From Candidatus Melainabacteria bacterium 17Bon1m (GTDB taxonomy: Bacteria > Cyanobacteriota > Vampirovibrionia > Obscuribacterales > Obscuribacteraceae), in assembly GCA_032128875.1 (NCBI GenBank), contig JAVLKG010000003.1, positions 129,008-193,007 of the forward strand: a stretch of DNA of 64,000 nucleotides, in the 5' to 3' direction. The notes beneath the pieces were generated by a model. The model did no database searches and had not been told where the DNA came from. It saw only the letters and a program-made list of their open reading frames with translations. Made by a program: the position numbers and the translations under genes. Positions 20,851 through 31,023 of the stretch are shown here, piece by piece. The stretch's first letter is position 1; the number at the start of each line of letters is the position of its first letter.

Positions 20851-22533
20851 ATGAAAACATTCAACTTTGCCAGCGCGAACAAAGGTGAGTTGGAGCCCTC
20901 GGTAGCCGGTGCGCTGTCGTTGGTTCCTGGTCTCGGCCAGTTCTACAATGGCGACCGCCTGAAAGGATGGCTATTCTTGGAAGTCGGTGCCATCAACTTT
21001 GTAATTCTTCTGGGCATTTTGTGCGCCGATTCCATAAGTAATGGGATTGTGCAGTTTGCCAACTCTCATCATTTCATTGCAAATGTTTCGCTGGTAAAGC
21101 AGCTTGGGAGTTTCAAATTGGGACATCCTGGAGCGACTCTACTTTTCGCTCTCTGTCTTGCTTTCATCGCTTACTCTGTTCGTGACGCCTATGACAGAGC
21201 GTTGAACATCAAAAATCGAGAGATTTATCAAGGACATTTTTTGGAGCTTTCGGAAGCTACAAGCGGATCATATTTGGCTCACTTTGCGCTGATGGGCGCT
21301 TTGCTGCTTCTCTCGGTTTTTCTTTTGATTCCAGCCCCGACCCGTCAACAGGTGACAGAAATAGAGTTCGTTTCACAACCGCAGAAGGAGCGCATCAAGC
21401 CACCTCAGACCAATAGAGTGGATGTGCACAGCAGTCGAGCTGAAGGCGTGCACAAGCCGAAAGAACAAGTTCGTACCAGTCAAGCTCAGCGAGCACCATC
21501 AAAACCGGCGGCGTCGCAGTCGCAACAACAGCAGACGCAAGCAGCAAAGCCGCAACCGAAGCCAGAACTTAAAACTCAATCGCAGGATGCTCCGAAACCA
21601 CAGCCGGTGAAATCACATGAAGCACCGAAGCCACCTGCGCCAACAACAGCGCCACTGCCAACGGTGCGTCCGCCAGCTCCTGTAGCAGCGCAACCGGCGC
21701 CGACCCCACCGATGCCGGCGCGTCCGATGCCCCTTGCGCCTGCTCCGCCTGCGCCAGCACCGTTGGCTGCGAATCCAAAGCCGATTGGAGCTAGCGCGCC
21801 TGCTCCGTTGTTAGCGTTCAACAAAACCGGCATTGCGAACGCGCAAATACCATCGATTGCAACGTCACCAATTGGTTTGGGTAGCTTTGGCAAGCCCAAC
21901 AGTCAGGGTTGGATGAGCGGTAAGAGTCCTAACGTAGTCAAAGCAGGCGGCGCACCATCCGCACCGGCAGTCGACTCGAGCAGTTTCGTCGGTACTGGTG
22001 ATGGACATAGCAAGCCGACACTTGCTGATACTTCCTCAAACAGAACAGGAAATGGAAAGGCGCATTCGATAGGAGATGCTCCTAAGCCGATTGCAGCAAG
22101 AACTGGTCCCGCTCCCGGAGACAGGTTGGTAGTGTCGCCTACAATAACCAGCCCAATAGGTGAGCCTAGAAGAGGAAATCCAGATCCAGGCACCACCGGA
22201 AAAGGTGATCCACGAGTAGCGACAACCGAACACCCAAATCCAGATTTCACCGAATACATGCTTTCACTGCAACGCCGCATCCGCAAAGCCTGGGCACCTC
22301 CGCGGCAACCCAGATCGAAGAGTACTGTCGCCGTGTTCACGATCGGAACTAATGGAGAACTTCTAGGTTTGCGATTACAGCGTTCTTCCGGAGACAGCAC
22401 CATGGACCAAGCTGCCCTGCAGTCGATTCGAAACTCTGCGCCATTTAGGCACCTTCCGCAGTATTCACCGGACTCGATTGATGTTCAGTTTACGTTTGAC
22501 TATAACGTGTTTAACAGTGGAAGTTCGTTCTAG
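20851..22533 (+). CDS. TonB/TolA-like energy-transducer protein with N-terminal TM domain
   Basis: N-terminal 'LSLVPGLGQFYNG' TM module, Pro-rich stalk, TonB_C-like 'LQRRIRKAW...FTIGTNG...SSGD...DQAAL...APF'. Confidence 0.85.
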   Translation: MKTFNFASANKGELEPSVAGALSLVPGLGQFYNGDRLKGWLFLEVGAINFVILLGILCADSISNGIVQFANSHHFIANVSLVKQLGSFKLGHPGATLLFALCLAFIAYSVRDAYDRALNIKNREIYQGHFLELSEATSGSYLAHFALMGALLLLSVFLLIPAPTRQQVTEIEFVSQPQKERIKPPQTNRVDVHSSRAEGVHKPKEQVRTSQAQRAPSKPAASQSQQQQTQAAKPQPKPELKTQSQDAPKPQPVKSHEAPKPPAPTTAPLPTVRPPAPVAAQPAPTPPMPARPMPLAPAPPAPAPLAANPKPIGASAPAPLLAFNKTGIANAQIPSIATSPIGLGSFGKPNSQGWMSGKSPNVVKAGGAPSAPAVDSSSFVGTGDGHSKPTLADTSSNRTGNGKAHSIGDAPKPIAARTGPAPGDRLVVSPTITSPIGEPRRGNPDPGTTGKGDPRVATTEHPNPDFTEYMLSLQRRIRKAWAPPRQPRSKSTVAVFTIGTNGELLGLRLQRSSGDSTMDQAALQSIRNSAPFRHLPQYSPDSIDVQFTFDYNVFNSGSSF

Positions 22534-22557
22534 GCACCATATGTAGTGCTTTAAGTT

Positions 22558-22592
22558 CAATGGCGGCAGATTTCTGTCGCCATTGTCATTTT
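22558..22592 (+). terminator. Rho-independent terminator
   Basis: caatggcggcag...ctgtcgccattg hairpin followed by a T-tract. Confidence 0.65.
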
Positions 22593-23059
22593 TGAAAGGT
22601 TGTGGACATCATCTTCTTGCTGAATAGCAATGTTTGAAAGCTTTCACGCGCTGATTTCTGTTTCATTTGCCAGGTATCACGCGGCATTCCAAGAGATGTT
22701 TTGAAGAAATTGCACTTTCGTATATGCGTTGATACATAAAATCAGCAAAAAAAATCATTTGAGAAGTTAAGCGTCTGGAAAGTCTTACTGGCTGGCGCAT
22801 TGTGGATTCTTGACTTGATGTATTTTAGTTCCAGTTAACGAAACATTCTCCCGCGGGCGGGTGTCGATGAGTGTGTTAGCCCTGAAGTCGATATCCAGTA
22901 TATGTATTCGAGAGATGGTCATGACAAATCGAGATTGTGTCTCCTACTGAATTAGTGCATAATCTTGCCATCGCCGTAATCGGATTTTTACTTTCATGAG
23001 TCATTAAGGCTTCTGCCAGGCTACTTAGAACAGCGCGGCCCTGCTGAGGAATTTCGAAA

Positions 23060-23452
23060 TTGATGACATTAAAGACTAGAGCCAGACCAAGCATGGAGCT
23101 CGGCGTCCGGTATTACGATAACTCTCCGACTTCAGGCACCATTGCTGGTGGCGATAAGAGCATGCTCAGTGAGCACGGTATCCGTGAGCGTCATCGTACC
23201 TATAAGGACAACATGATGTATTCGCATCCCGAATACACCGGTGTGCGCTTTATGCGAAAGGCGCCGCTAATGCTCGAAGCCAAGGTTTCTGGTCGCACGA
23301 CAATTACAAAGCTGCGTAAGAAACAAACACGCTTCCACTTCTGGAAAAACTTTTTCTCGATCTTCAATCTGTTGAACGGTTTCAATGCAATGGTTTTGCG
23401 CATCAATCCGTTTGCCACATACCATGCGGCTGTCCGTTGGAGCCCGCGCTAA
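23060..23452 (+). CDS. Hypothetical protein (start uncertain, possibly 23092)
   Basis: 130-aa ORF filling the gap, same strand as neighbours. Confidence 0.5.
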   Translation: MMTLKTRARPSMELGVRYYDNSPTSGTIAGGDKSMLSEHGIRERHRTYKDNMMYSHPEYTGVRFMRKAPLMLEAKVSGRTTITKLRKKQTRFHFWKNFFSIFNLLNGFNAMVLRINPFATYHAAVRWSPR

Positions 23453-23533
23453 TTTAGCCGGTAATTCATAAGTTCTGTTATCGAAGCATCTATATTCGAT
23501 TAGTTTTTTACTGAAACAGTTACGGTTTCAAGA

Positions 23534-24151
23534 ATGCGCACTCGAAATTACATAGTCTGTTTTGTGGCTGCGGCAATTGCCTCCGGTGGCGCATCTCTGT
23601 TGTACTGCGCTATCGGTCAACCAAGTGTTGAGAAATCCTCAAATGTTGCAGAGGTTGAAACCACGACTCCGAGTGTATTTGCTCGCGGCGGAAACGAGAA
23701 AATTCTGTCCGCTGCGAATTCTGCAGTTGGGAAAAGGATGTGGTCAGGGTTTGGACTTCCGAACGGCAAACTCGGTTGTGCTGCGGCTCTCAGTAATGTC
23801 TTGAAGAACGCTGGGTATCCAGTGGCGAAGTCTGCTGCCGTGGTAGTGGTTAGACGGCAGCTTCTGAAGAGTCCGCTCAAAGTTAGTGAAGTAGCGCTGA
23901 AACACTCGAAAGAGCTTGGTGTTGACCCCAAGATATTCAGCGGGGTTTCTCAACCAGGCGATTTGATTTTTGGGTACATGTCGTTGCCGAATAAGCCGAA
24001 CATGGGTGCGGATGCTCACTGTGGTGTAGTTGGCGAAAACGGATATGTGTATGCCAATGACTGGAATGATGGAATATGGAAACGCGCCAAGCCTGATCAA
24101 TTCTTTGGTTTTTATCCACACATCTATGTGATTCGAATTGCAGACAAATGA
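23534..24151 (+). CDS. Exported NlpC/P60-CHAP-like cysteine hydrolase
   Basis: N-terminal hydrophobic helix; 'GCAAALS', 'PGDLIFG', 'AHCGVV', 'YAND' fit a Cys-His-polar triad layout. Confidence 0.6.
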   Translation: MRTRNYIVCFVAAAIASGGASLLYCAIGQPSVEKSSNVAEVETTTPSVFARGGNEKILSAANSAVGKRMWSGFGLPNGKLGCAAALSNVLKNAGYPVAKSAAVVVVRRQLLKSPLKVSEVALKHSKELGVDPKIFSGVSQPGDLIFGYMSLPNKPNMGADAHCGVVGENGYVYANDWNDGIWKRAKPDQFFGFYPHIYVIRIADK

Positions 24152-24273
24152 GGTTGAGTTAGCTAAGAACCTCCGTCAGCGCATGAAAGCGCCAGCGCAT
24201 AAGATGTTTTGGAAGAAAGGACCCCGAATCACTTCGGAGCCCTTTCTCTTTCGTCTCAAGCAAGGTAGTAGGC

Positions 24274-24612
24274 TTATAGGAGCCTGATGTTGACGTCTCT
24301 GATGTCCAATCTAACTTGTTGTAATTCCCAAGCTTTGGCATCGATTTTGCGGCAAACTTCATTCATTTGCGCTGGAGCATCAGAATCGTTTCTGCGTCTG
24401 ATGTCTTCTTTCTTTCTCAAGAGATCGTCAGTGTCTCTCATCAAGTAAAACTCACGTGTTTGCAGAGCTGATCTGCGTTTTTGCAGTTGGTCGATAACTC
24501 CCGGATCAGAGATCATCGCTTGAGCGGGTTGGCAATTGAGCGCAACCATGGGGAGTGTGAGGAATGCAACCAGTGCAAGAAGAATCTGTTTCTTTGTGTT
24601 TTTGTTTTTCAT
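24274..24612 (-). CDS. Small secreted coiled-coil protein
   Basis: GGAGG RBS, ATG at 24612, signal peptide ending AQA. Confidence 0.7.
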   Translation of the reverse strand: MKNKNTKKQILLALVAFLTLPMVALNCQPAQAMISDPGVIDQLQKRRSALQTREFYLMRDTDDLLRKKEDIRRRNDSDAPAQMNEVCRKIDAKAWELQQVRLDIRDVNIRLL

Positions 24613-24844
24613 AACTACCTGCCTCCTTCCAGGATGACCACAGAATACCGGCTGGAATGGACTTGTAGAAGAGCCACTTTTATGATTTGATACTAGTCCA
24701 CTTGGAATGATTCTAAGCTGGAGAGCGATCGTCCAATAAATCTGAAACGCGGCATCGGTGTGCGATGAGGGATTTGTGCTGAAGCATTGCAAGCTGCCTG
24801 AAAGTGATCAATTACTCAGAATTTAGGTTGAAAAGAGGCCGGTT

Positions 24845-26449
24845 GTGGACTTCCTTATACATGTAGATCAATCGTCAGGGGTTGCACTCCATCGTCAGAT
24901 TTATGACTCGATAAGGGGTGCGATTCTCTCCGGTCGTTTGCGTTCTGGCGAAAAGCTGCCGTCCACACGCGCACTATCACAAACATTGGGCATCGCCAGA
25001 GCGACCGTCACAATGAGTTTCGACAGCCTTTTGAGTGAGGGCTACATAGAAGCCAGCGTCGGGGCTGGAACATTCGTGTCGCGTGCGCTGCCGGAAGAAT
25101 TGATGCGCCCTGCGGCTCCTCTAGTCGATCCCGCGACATTGGAGGCGTCCACGCCCAAAGTGAAGGCACGCGTTCGCGGCAGGAAGCGCAAAGATGGAGG
25201 CGAATCAGGTTCTACAGGTTCTTCCTCCTCTTCTTCTGAGTCTCAGAGCGCGGCAGACGCAGACAAAGTGCAGGGTTATAGATTGTCCTGGTATGCGACT
25301 GCGTTGCGATCGAGGCAGTGGTTGAACTTCTCTGCGGAAGAACCAGAGGTGCAGCTTTCCTTCGGAAGGCCTGCTATGACGGAGTTTCCGATGCGTGTGT
25401 GGAACCAATTGTTGTTACAACATGCGCGCAAACGCAATCTAGGTTTGCTCGATTCACCTGCCAATGCTGCTGGTTTTATGCCATTGAGAGAACAGCTTGC
25501 TGCATATCTTTCTCGAGTGCGAGCGGTTGCATGTACTCCCGAACAAGTGATCATCGTCAACGGTTCGCAGCAGGGGATCGACCTTGTCGCACGTGTTTTG
25601 ATAGATCGCGGCGACGATGTTTGTATCGAAGATCCTGGATACATCGGCGCGCAGAAGTCGTTTGAGGCGATGGGTGCAAACGTTTTGCCTATCCCTGTCG
25701 ATAAGCAAGGTATCTCGGTTGATGTCCTGAAAGAACACGAAAAAGCGAAGCCTGGTTTTAGTCCGCAGTTGGTGTATGTGACGCCCTCGCACCAGTCACC
25801 GACGGGCGTTGTATTGTCGGTACCGCGTCGCCTTGAGTTGATTTCTTGGGCTCGGCGTGTCGGCGCATATATTGTCGAAGACGATTATGACAGTGAATAC
25901 CGCTACAAGGGGCGCCCCATTCCAGCGCTCGCAGGGCTCGATCATGCGGGCACTGTTATCTATATAGGAACATTGTCCAAAGTTCTCTTTCCATCTTTGC
26001 GGCTTGGATATTTGGTTGTTCCGCTCGACCTGGCGGAAGTTTTCACTCGTGCAAAATGGCTTACTGACCGCCATTCTCCTTTGTTGGAACAGCAAGTGTT
26101 GGCGGACTTTATTCGTCTTGGCCATTTGGAAAGACACGTTCGAAAAATGCGAAACCTCTATGAGCAGAAGCGCAAGCTCGTCATTGAGGCGCTCAAGACT
26201 CATTTCAAGGGTTCTGCAACTGTTCTCGGCGATGCCGCTGGCATCAATGTTGTGGTGCGTATTCCTTCCGAATTGAATGACGAGGAAATCGTTTCGCGCG
26301 CCAAAGCAGCTGGCATTGGTATTTCAAGCACGGCGCACTGTTATTTGGGAGAGCTGACGCGCGGCGAGTTTCAGATCAACTATGCTCATTTGAATGAGGA
26401 AGCAATAGAGGACATTGTCGAAGCACTCGCCCGCATTGCTGCCCGATAA
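24845..26449 (+). CDS. MocR/GabR-family PLP-dependent transcription regulator
   Basis: GntR HTH 'LPSTRALSQTLGIARATV' plus aminotransferase domain 'YVTPSHQSPTG', 'EDDYDSEY', 'GTLSKVLFPSLRLGY'. Confidence 0.95.
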   Translation: MDFLIHVDQSSGVALHRQIYDSIRGAILSGRLRSGEKLPSTRALSQTLGIARATVTMSFDSLLSEGYIEASVGAGTFVSRALPEELMRPAAPLVDPATLEASTPKVKARVRGRKRKDGGESGSTGSSSSSSESQSAADADKVQGYRLSWYATALRSRQWLNFSAEEPEVQLSFGRPAMTEFPMRVWNQLLLQHARKRNLGLLDSPANAAGFMPLREQLAAYLSRVRAVACTPEQVIIVNGSQQGIDLVARVLIDRGDDVCIEDPGYIGAQKSFEAMGANVLPIPVDKQGISVDVLKEHEKAKPGFSPQLVYVTPSHQSPTGVVLSVPRRLELISWARRVGAYIVEDDYDSEYRYKGRPIPALAGLDHAGTVIYIGTLSKVLFPSLRLGYLVVPLDLAEVFTRAKWLTDRHSPLLEQQVLADFIRLGHLERHVRKMRNLYEQKRKLVIEALKTHFKGSATVLGDAAGINVVVRIPSELNDEEIVSRAKAAGIGISSTAHCYLGELTRGEFQINYAHLNEEAIEDIVEALARIAAR

Positions 26450-26510
26450 TTAAAATGTCCATGTCCGAAAATGGCGAGTCATTGGAGTTGGGATCCGTTA
26501 AGATTCAGGC

Positions 26511-27998
26511 ATGACATTGAATCGAGACAGCTGCTATGAGGTTCTTCGCGCGCGAGATCCGCGGTTTGACGGGGTTTTCTTTGTAGCGGTGAAGTCTACC
26601 AAGATTTATTGCAGAACCGTATGTACGGCAAAAACGCCGATGCTGAAGAATGTCACGTTCTATTCAACCGCTGCTGCTGCGGAAGATGGCGGGTATCGTC
26701 CGTGCTTGCGCTGCCGCCCCGAATTGGCTCCGGGCAATGCGTCGGTTGACGCGGTCAGTCGATTGGCTGCAATTGCACTTAACAGAATCGAAGACGGTGC
26801 GCTGTCGGAGTTTGGTGTGGATGAGTTGGCGCTTGAGATGGGCATTAGCGGACGTCATTTGCGCAGAGTCATCGAATCGGAATTCGGGGTTTCTCCGATT
26901 CAATTGGCGCAGACGCAAAGGCTGTTGCTCGCCAAACGATTGTTGACCGACACAAACTTGCCAGTAACGGAAATTGCGTTCGCGAGTGGTTTTTCCAGCG
27001 TTCGACGGTTCAATTCGCTGTTTCAAGAACGCTACAAGCTAAACCCAACGCAACTGAGAAAGCGTAGAAGTGCGCAAGATGCGCCGTTCTTGACGTGTGA
27101 AGTGAGCTACCGACCACCATTTGATTTTGAGGGATTGTTGGCGTTTCTTTCTTATCGTGCCTGTCCTGGAGTTGAGCTCGTGCAGGATGGCGCGTACATT
27201 CGCACTGCCTCATTCGGGAAGCATTCCGGGTGGTTGGCCGTACGGCAAAATGCGCAGAAAAACACTTTATCGATTCAACTCGCCAACTCGCTCGCACCAG
27301 TTTTGCTGAGCGTCGTTGCACGATGTAAGCGTTTGATGGACACTCAAGCAGACCCCTCAATCATTGCAGCGACGCTGGGCGAGCTTTCAAAGGGGCGTGA
27401 GGGAGTTCGCGTGCCTGGTGCGTTTTATGGCTTTGAGGTTGCACTCAGAGCCATTCTGGGGCAACAGGTGAGCGTGAAAGCGGCAAGTACTCTGCATGGA
27501 CGGATTGTCCAAAAGTTCGGCGTTGCAATTGAAACACCTTTCCCTGAATTAAACAGACTCGCTCCATCGGCTGAAACGCTGGCAGCGCTGGAGCCCGAGG
27601 ATTTAAGCGGCATGGGGATTACAGGCGCGCGCATTAATTCGATAATCGCGATTTCTCAGGCTGTTGCAAGTGGTGCTCTTTCACTAGAACCGGGGCAAGA
27701 TGTGGAACAGACGTCAAACAAGATCAAGGCTTTGCCTGGCTTCGGCGAGTGGACGGCTCAATATATAGCGATGCGCGCACTCGCATGGCCGGATGCTTTC
27801 CTTCATTCTGATCTCGGAATCAAGAAAGCGCTCAATATGACTAAGGATAAGGAAATTTTGCAGCATGCGGAGCGTTGGTCTCCGTGGCGTTCATACGCGG
27901 GTATGCATCTGTGGCGCTCGTTGGAAGCCAAGGCATTGGATGCGAAACCGTCAATTTTGAGTTCTCCGAAAAGGAAAGTGGCGAGGGCAAAGGCATGA
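26511..27998 (+). CDS. alkA: Ada-type regulator / DNA-3-methyladenine glycosylase II fusion
   Basis: Ada Zn site 'YCRTVC...RPCLRCRPE', AraC HTH, AlkA 'RAILGQQVS', HhH 'LPGFGEWTA', 'WSPWRSY'. Confidence 0.93.
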   Translation: MTLNRDSCYEVLRARDPRFDGVFFVAVKSTKIYCRTVCTAKTPMLKNVTFYSTAAAAEDGGYRPCLRCRPELAPGNASVDAVSRLAAIALNRIEDGALSEFGVDELALEMGISGRHLRRVIESEFGVSPIQLAQTQRLLLAKRLLTDTNLPVTEIAFASGFSSVRRFNSLFQERYKLNPTQLRKRRSAQDAPFLTCEVSYRPPFDFEGLLAFLSYRACPGVELVQDGAYIRTASFGKHSGWLAVRQNAQKNTLSIQLANSLAPVLLSVVARCKRLMDTQADPSIIAATLGELSKGREGVRVPGAFYGFEVALRAILGQQVSVKAASTLHGRIVQKFGVAIETPFPELNRLAPSAETLAALEPEDLSGMGITGARINSIIAISQAVASGALSLEPGQDVEQTSNKIKALPGFGEWTAQYIAMRALAWPDAFLHSDLGIKKALNMTKDKEILQHAERWSPWRSYAGMHLWRSLEAKALDAKPSILSSPKRKVARAKA

Positions 27999-28501
27999 CA
28001 GTTTTCTACACAGTTATCGACAGCCCTATCGGGCAGATTACGCTAACTTCAGTTGGAGTTTCGCTCGCAGGTCTGTACATGGAATCGCATAAGGGCATGC
28101 CAACCGTTGACGAATCCTGGGTTCGCGATGATAGTGTGAAACCGTTCGCACTTGTCAGAGAAGAGTTGGCTGCGTACTTTGATGGCAAGCTTGAGCGTTT
28201 CACTATTCCGTTGAAACCGATTGGCACAGAGTTTCAACTCAAAGTTTGGAACGAATTGGTGAACATTCCCTTTGGTCAAACAATTTCTTATGGAGAACTC
28301 GCACGACGTGTCGGCAATCCCAAAGCGAGTCGTGCTGTGGGTTTGGCAAATGGACAAAATCCGATTTCAATTATTGTTCCTTGCCACCGAGTCATTGGCG
28401 TGAATGGCAAGCTCACCGGATATGGTGGCGGGCTTCCACGGAAAGAGTTTTTGCTTCAACATGAAGGCGCAGCGCCAGCCAAGCAGCTGACGTTCGTATA
28501 G
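27995..28501 (+). CDS. ogt: Methylated-DNA-protein-cysteine S-methyltransferase
   Basis: 'PCHRV' active site, 'RAVG', 'GYGGG'; ATGA overlap with alkA. Confidence 0.95.
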   Translation: MTVFYTVIDSPIGQITLTSVGVSLAGLYMESHKGMPTVDESWVRDDSVKPFALVREELAAYFDGKLERFTIPLKPIGTEFQLKVWNELVNIPFGQTISYGELARRVGNPKASRAVGLANGQNPISIIVPCHRVIGVNGKLTGYGGGLPRKEFLLQHEGAAPAKQLTFV

Positions 28502-28558
28502 CGCTGGAAGTGAGCTTCCTTTTACAGGTCTAAGGATGGCATATCTAGTGCTATGAAA

Positions 28559-28581
28559 GGGCGCGTGCAACGCGCCCCCAC
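28559..28581 (-). repeat. REP-like palindrome (GTRG type)
   Basis: Reverse complement gtgggggcgcgttgcacgcgccc; similar to the element at 50373-50397. Confidence 0.6.
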
Positions 28582-28583
28582 GC

Positions 28584-30200
28584 TTATTGAGCCAGGACTT
28601 CGAAAGTCACGTCGCTGAAATTGTTTTGGAACTGTTGCAGCGATATTCTCGTTGTGCCGCTTGTTGAGTCGTTGTTTGCGCCCCAGGGGTTGCGCACAGT
28701 GACCATGCCGCCGCCTTGTCCGTCAGGCTCGAAGTTTGTGATGCTGTATGCGTGGCGCGTTGGATAGCCGTCAGTCGACGTGCTCGAGAATAATCTAGGG
28801 TTGATGCCGGTTGTTACTGTTGCGCGTGAATCCGAGTTTAGCGCGCGCTCTAGACGGCTTGCTAATTCGCTATCCGAAGAGCTTACTGTCTCAGTGCTTC
28901 TGCCTGTCAGAAGTTCTGTCGCCCATGATGTTTGACCGCCTGCTCCTGCGTATTCTGTGGGTGTGTTTCCGCCACTTTCCATCGCGACTCTCGCCCGACG
29001 GAACATATTGGCGTGTTCACTCTGATACTGTCCAAACGCTCTTTCAAGTATTCCAGCCCATGTACCGTATTTGTGTCCGCCGTTGTATAGTCCGCGCTCG
29101 GCGTCAGTTGGTGCATTGATAGTAACTGGGTTGGCTGTATCGCCCGGGAAAGTGACGGTGTAAGTGCCGTTGCCGTTGTCGTGAATCATGTCACGAATGG
29201 CTTGTGGATTCGATGCTGCAAGTGATGAAACAGCAGCCAGATAGTAGCAATCACCAATCGTTCCTTGCACAACTGCATCTGGTGTGATGCTGAGAAGTGG
29301 ATCGTCAGGAGTGGCGAAGAGATTTGAATTCAGTTGATTTAGCTGACCTTCTCTCGTCCGGCTCGTGGTGTTTGACACCATAGTCTCTGTCTGTCCTGGG
29401 ATAGATTGGTAAGTTTGATTCAAATACTCTGCAACGTCGGTGGTGCTGATGCTGCTTTCGAAACCCCACTCATCGTTGCTCGCGCCGATTATATTGTCGA
29501 AGCTGTCGCTCACGCGCTGCAGGTGTGCGCGGTCGGTCTCGGAAATACTAGTACTTTGACGAGCGGCATCGAGCTCAGTGCGGGCGATATAGCCGTCATG
29601 GTCGGTGTCAAATCTATTGAAATTGGCTTCGCCTCTAAGTACTTCCATGGCGGGTGTAAGCGTGTCGCGCGCTGCAGTTTGCCGACCGAAGGCCTGTATA
29701 TCTCCGCGTGTTACACCGTCATCGTCGAGGGTGGAATATTCGTCGCGAGACAGTAACTGCATTGTGTTTCGACTGCTATACAGCGCTGCTACTGTTTGTG
29801 CGTCTTGATCTCTGAAGTCTCTATTTTGCACGGCAGCAGAGAGTTCGTCGGCACCCAACCACTGATCGTGATTAGTATCGATCCTGTCGAAAAGCGCCTC
29901 AGCGCGTTGCGCAAATTGGGCGTTGGTGAGCGTTGCGCTGGGTACCGGAGTGTTGGTTTGCTCGGCGCGCATTGCATTTCTTTCAGCAGCATCTTCGTCG
30001 AACAGCTCGAGACCGCCCAGCAGTGCCGTTGTGCCAGCGTCTTCGCGACTGTTCTTGTTGCGCGTGCGAGTGAGATTTGTCATCTCCTCGCTGCTGACGT
30101 CATTGCTCATTGCCGAGCTGGCGTCGTTCTTTCTCTCGCTTTTTTCGGCTGATCTTTCTGCGTTTTCGGTACGTGTTTGATTATTTCTATCGGAAGGCAT
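28584..30200 (-). CDS. EF-hand-containing calpain-like cysteine protease (peptidase C2)
   Basis: 'QGTIGDCYYLAA', 'HAYSI', 'RNPWG' triad; EF-hands 'DTNHDQWLGADE', 'DTDHDGYIARTE'. Confidence 0.9.
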   Translation of the reverse strand: MPSDRNNQTRTENAERSAEKSERKNDASSAMSNDVSSEEMTNLTRTRNKNSREDAGTTALLGGLELFDEDAAERNAMRAEQTNTPVPSATLTNAQFAQRAEALFDRIDTNHDQWLGADELSAAVQNRDFRDQDAQTVAALYSSRNTMQLLSRDEYSTLDDDGVTRGDIQAFGRQTAARDTLTPAMEVLRGEANFNRFDTDHDGYIARTELDAARQSTSISETDRAHLQRVSDSFDNIIGASNDEWGFESSISTTDVAEYLNQTYQSIPGQTETMVSNTTSRTREGQLNQLNSNLFATPDDPLLSITPDAVVQGTIGDCYYLAAVSSLAASNPQAIRDMIHDNGNGTYTVTFPGDTANPVTINAPTDAERGLYNGGHKYGTWAGILERAFGQYQSEHANMFRRARVAMESGGNTPTEYAGAGGQTSWATELLTGRSTETVSSSDSELASRLERALNSDSRATVTTGINPRLFSSTSTDGYPTRHAYSITNFEPDGQGGGMVTVRNPWGANNDSTSGTTRISLQQFQNNFSDVTFEVLAQ

Positions 30201-31023
30201 GGGAGCACTCCTTGCCGACGCAACGCTATGCCGATTGCACTGTGTGCATGGACAAACTGCGCTGATGTCTGGCTAGTAACTGGGGTGGGTTCGAGGGGAA
30301 AAGGGTAAGGGGGACCGGGGAATCCGGGAAACCTGGAAAGGTGGGTGCTAACAATATAGGTGCGCATTGGGAAAATTTTCGGGAGCCGGCCCAGTTGGGC
30401 TCCGGCATTGCGTTGCAGGCAAGAGAGCATGCACACTCACCGACTAATGCTTACAGATTGGCTGAGAAAGCGGAATCTGCGGCTGCTCCCGTACTCTTGG
30501 TTAGCCGCTTAGCGAAATCAGAGGGTAATTGATCAAACGCCACCAAGAAATCAATTGCGCTTCGCAATCGATGAATTTTGGACGCCTTTGGTAAATTTAC
30601 GAAGGGTGTTGCAACAAAATTGCAAACAAAGAGCCGGAACATCTAGGTACGGCTTTTGTGCCGTCACATATTTCGAAATACCAGAGCAGAGGAAACATCA
30701 TCATGGGTTGAGGCGTCCCGTCACCAGGCCGCAGGCGGCCTGATTGTCTACCGGAGGTAGACAACGGCAATCGTAGAGACAATAGTCACATCATTCCTGG
30801 TCAGGGAGATCGTTACCCGCAGCCAGGGCGTGATCCAAACAACCCTTATGTCAATCCAGGTTTTGAGATTGTCGACAGCGGCCGCACGATTACTCCCAAA
30901 GATAATCAATGGCAGAAAGGCGGTGAGAAAGCAGACTTCGACGCGGCGGTTAAGCGCGTCACTAATTGGGATGCAGACAACTTCCAAGGCGCCTATGATG
31001 CTGCGGCTAAGAACGGCACGGGT

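Noticed and set aside
22600-23050. Riboswitch, tRNA or other ncRNA in long intergenic gaps (also 32760-33400)
   Set aside because: No recognisable consensus or convincing stems by eye; an Rfam scan would be needed
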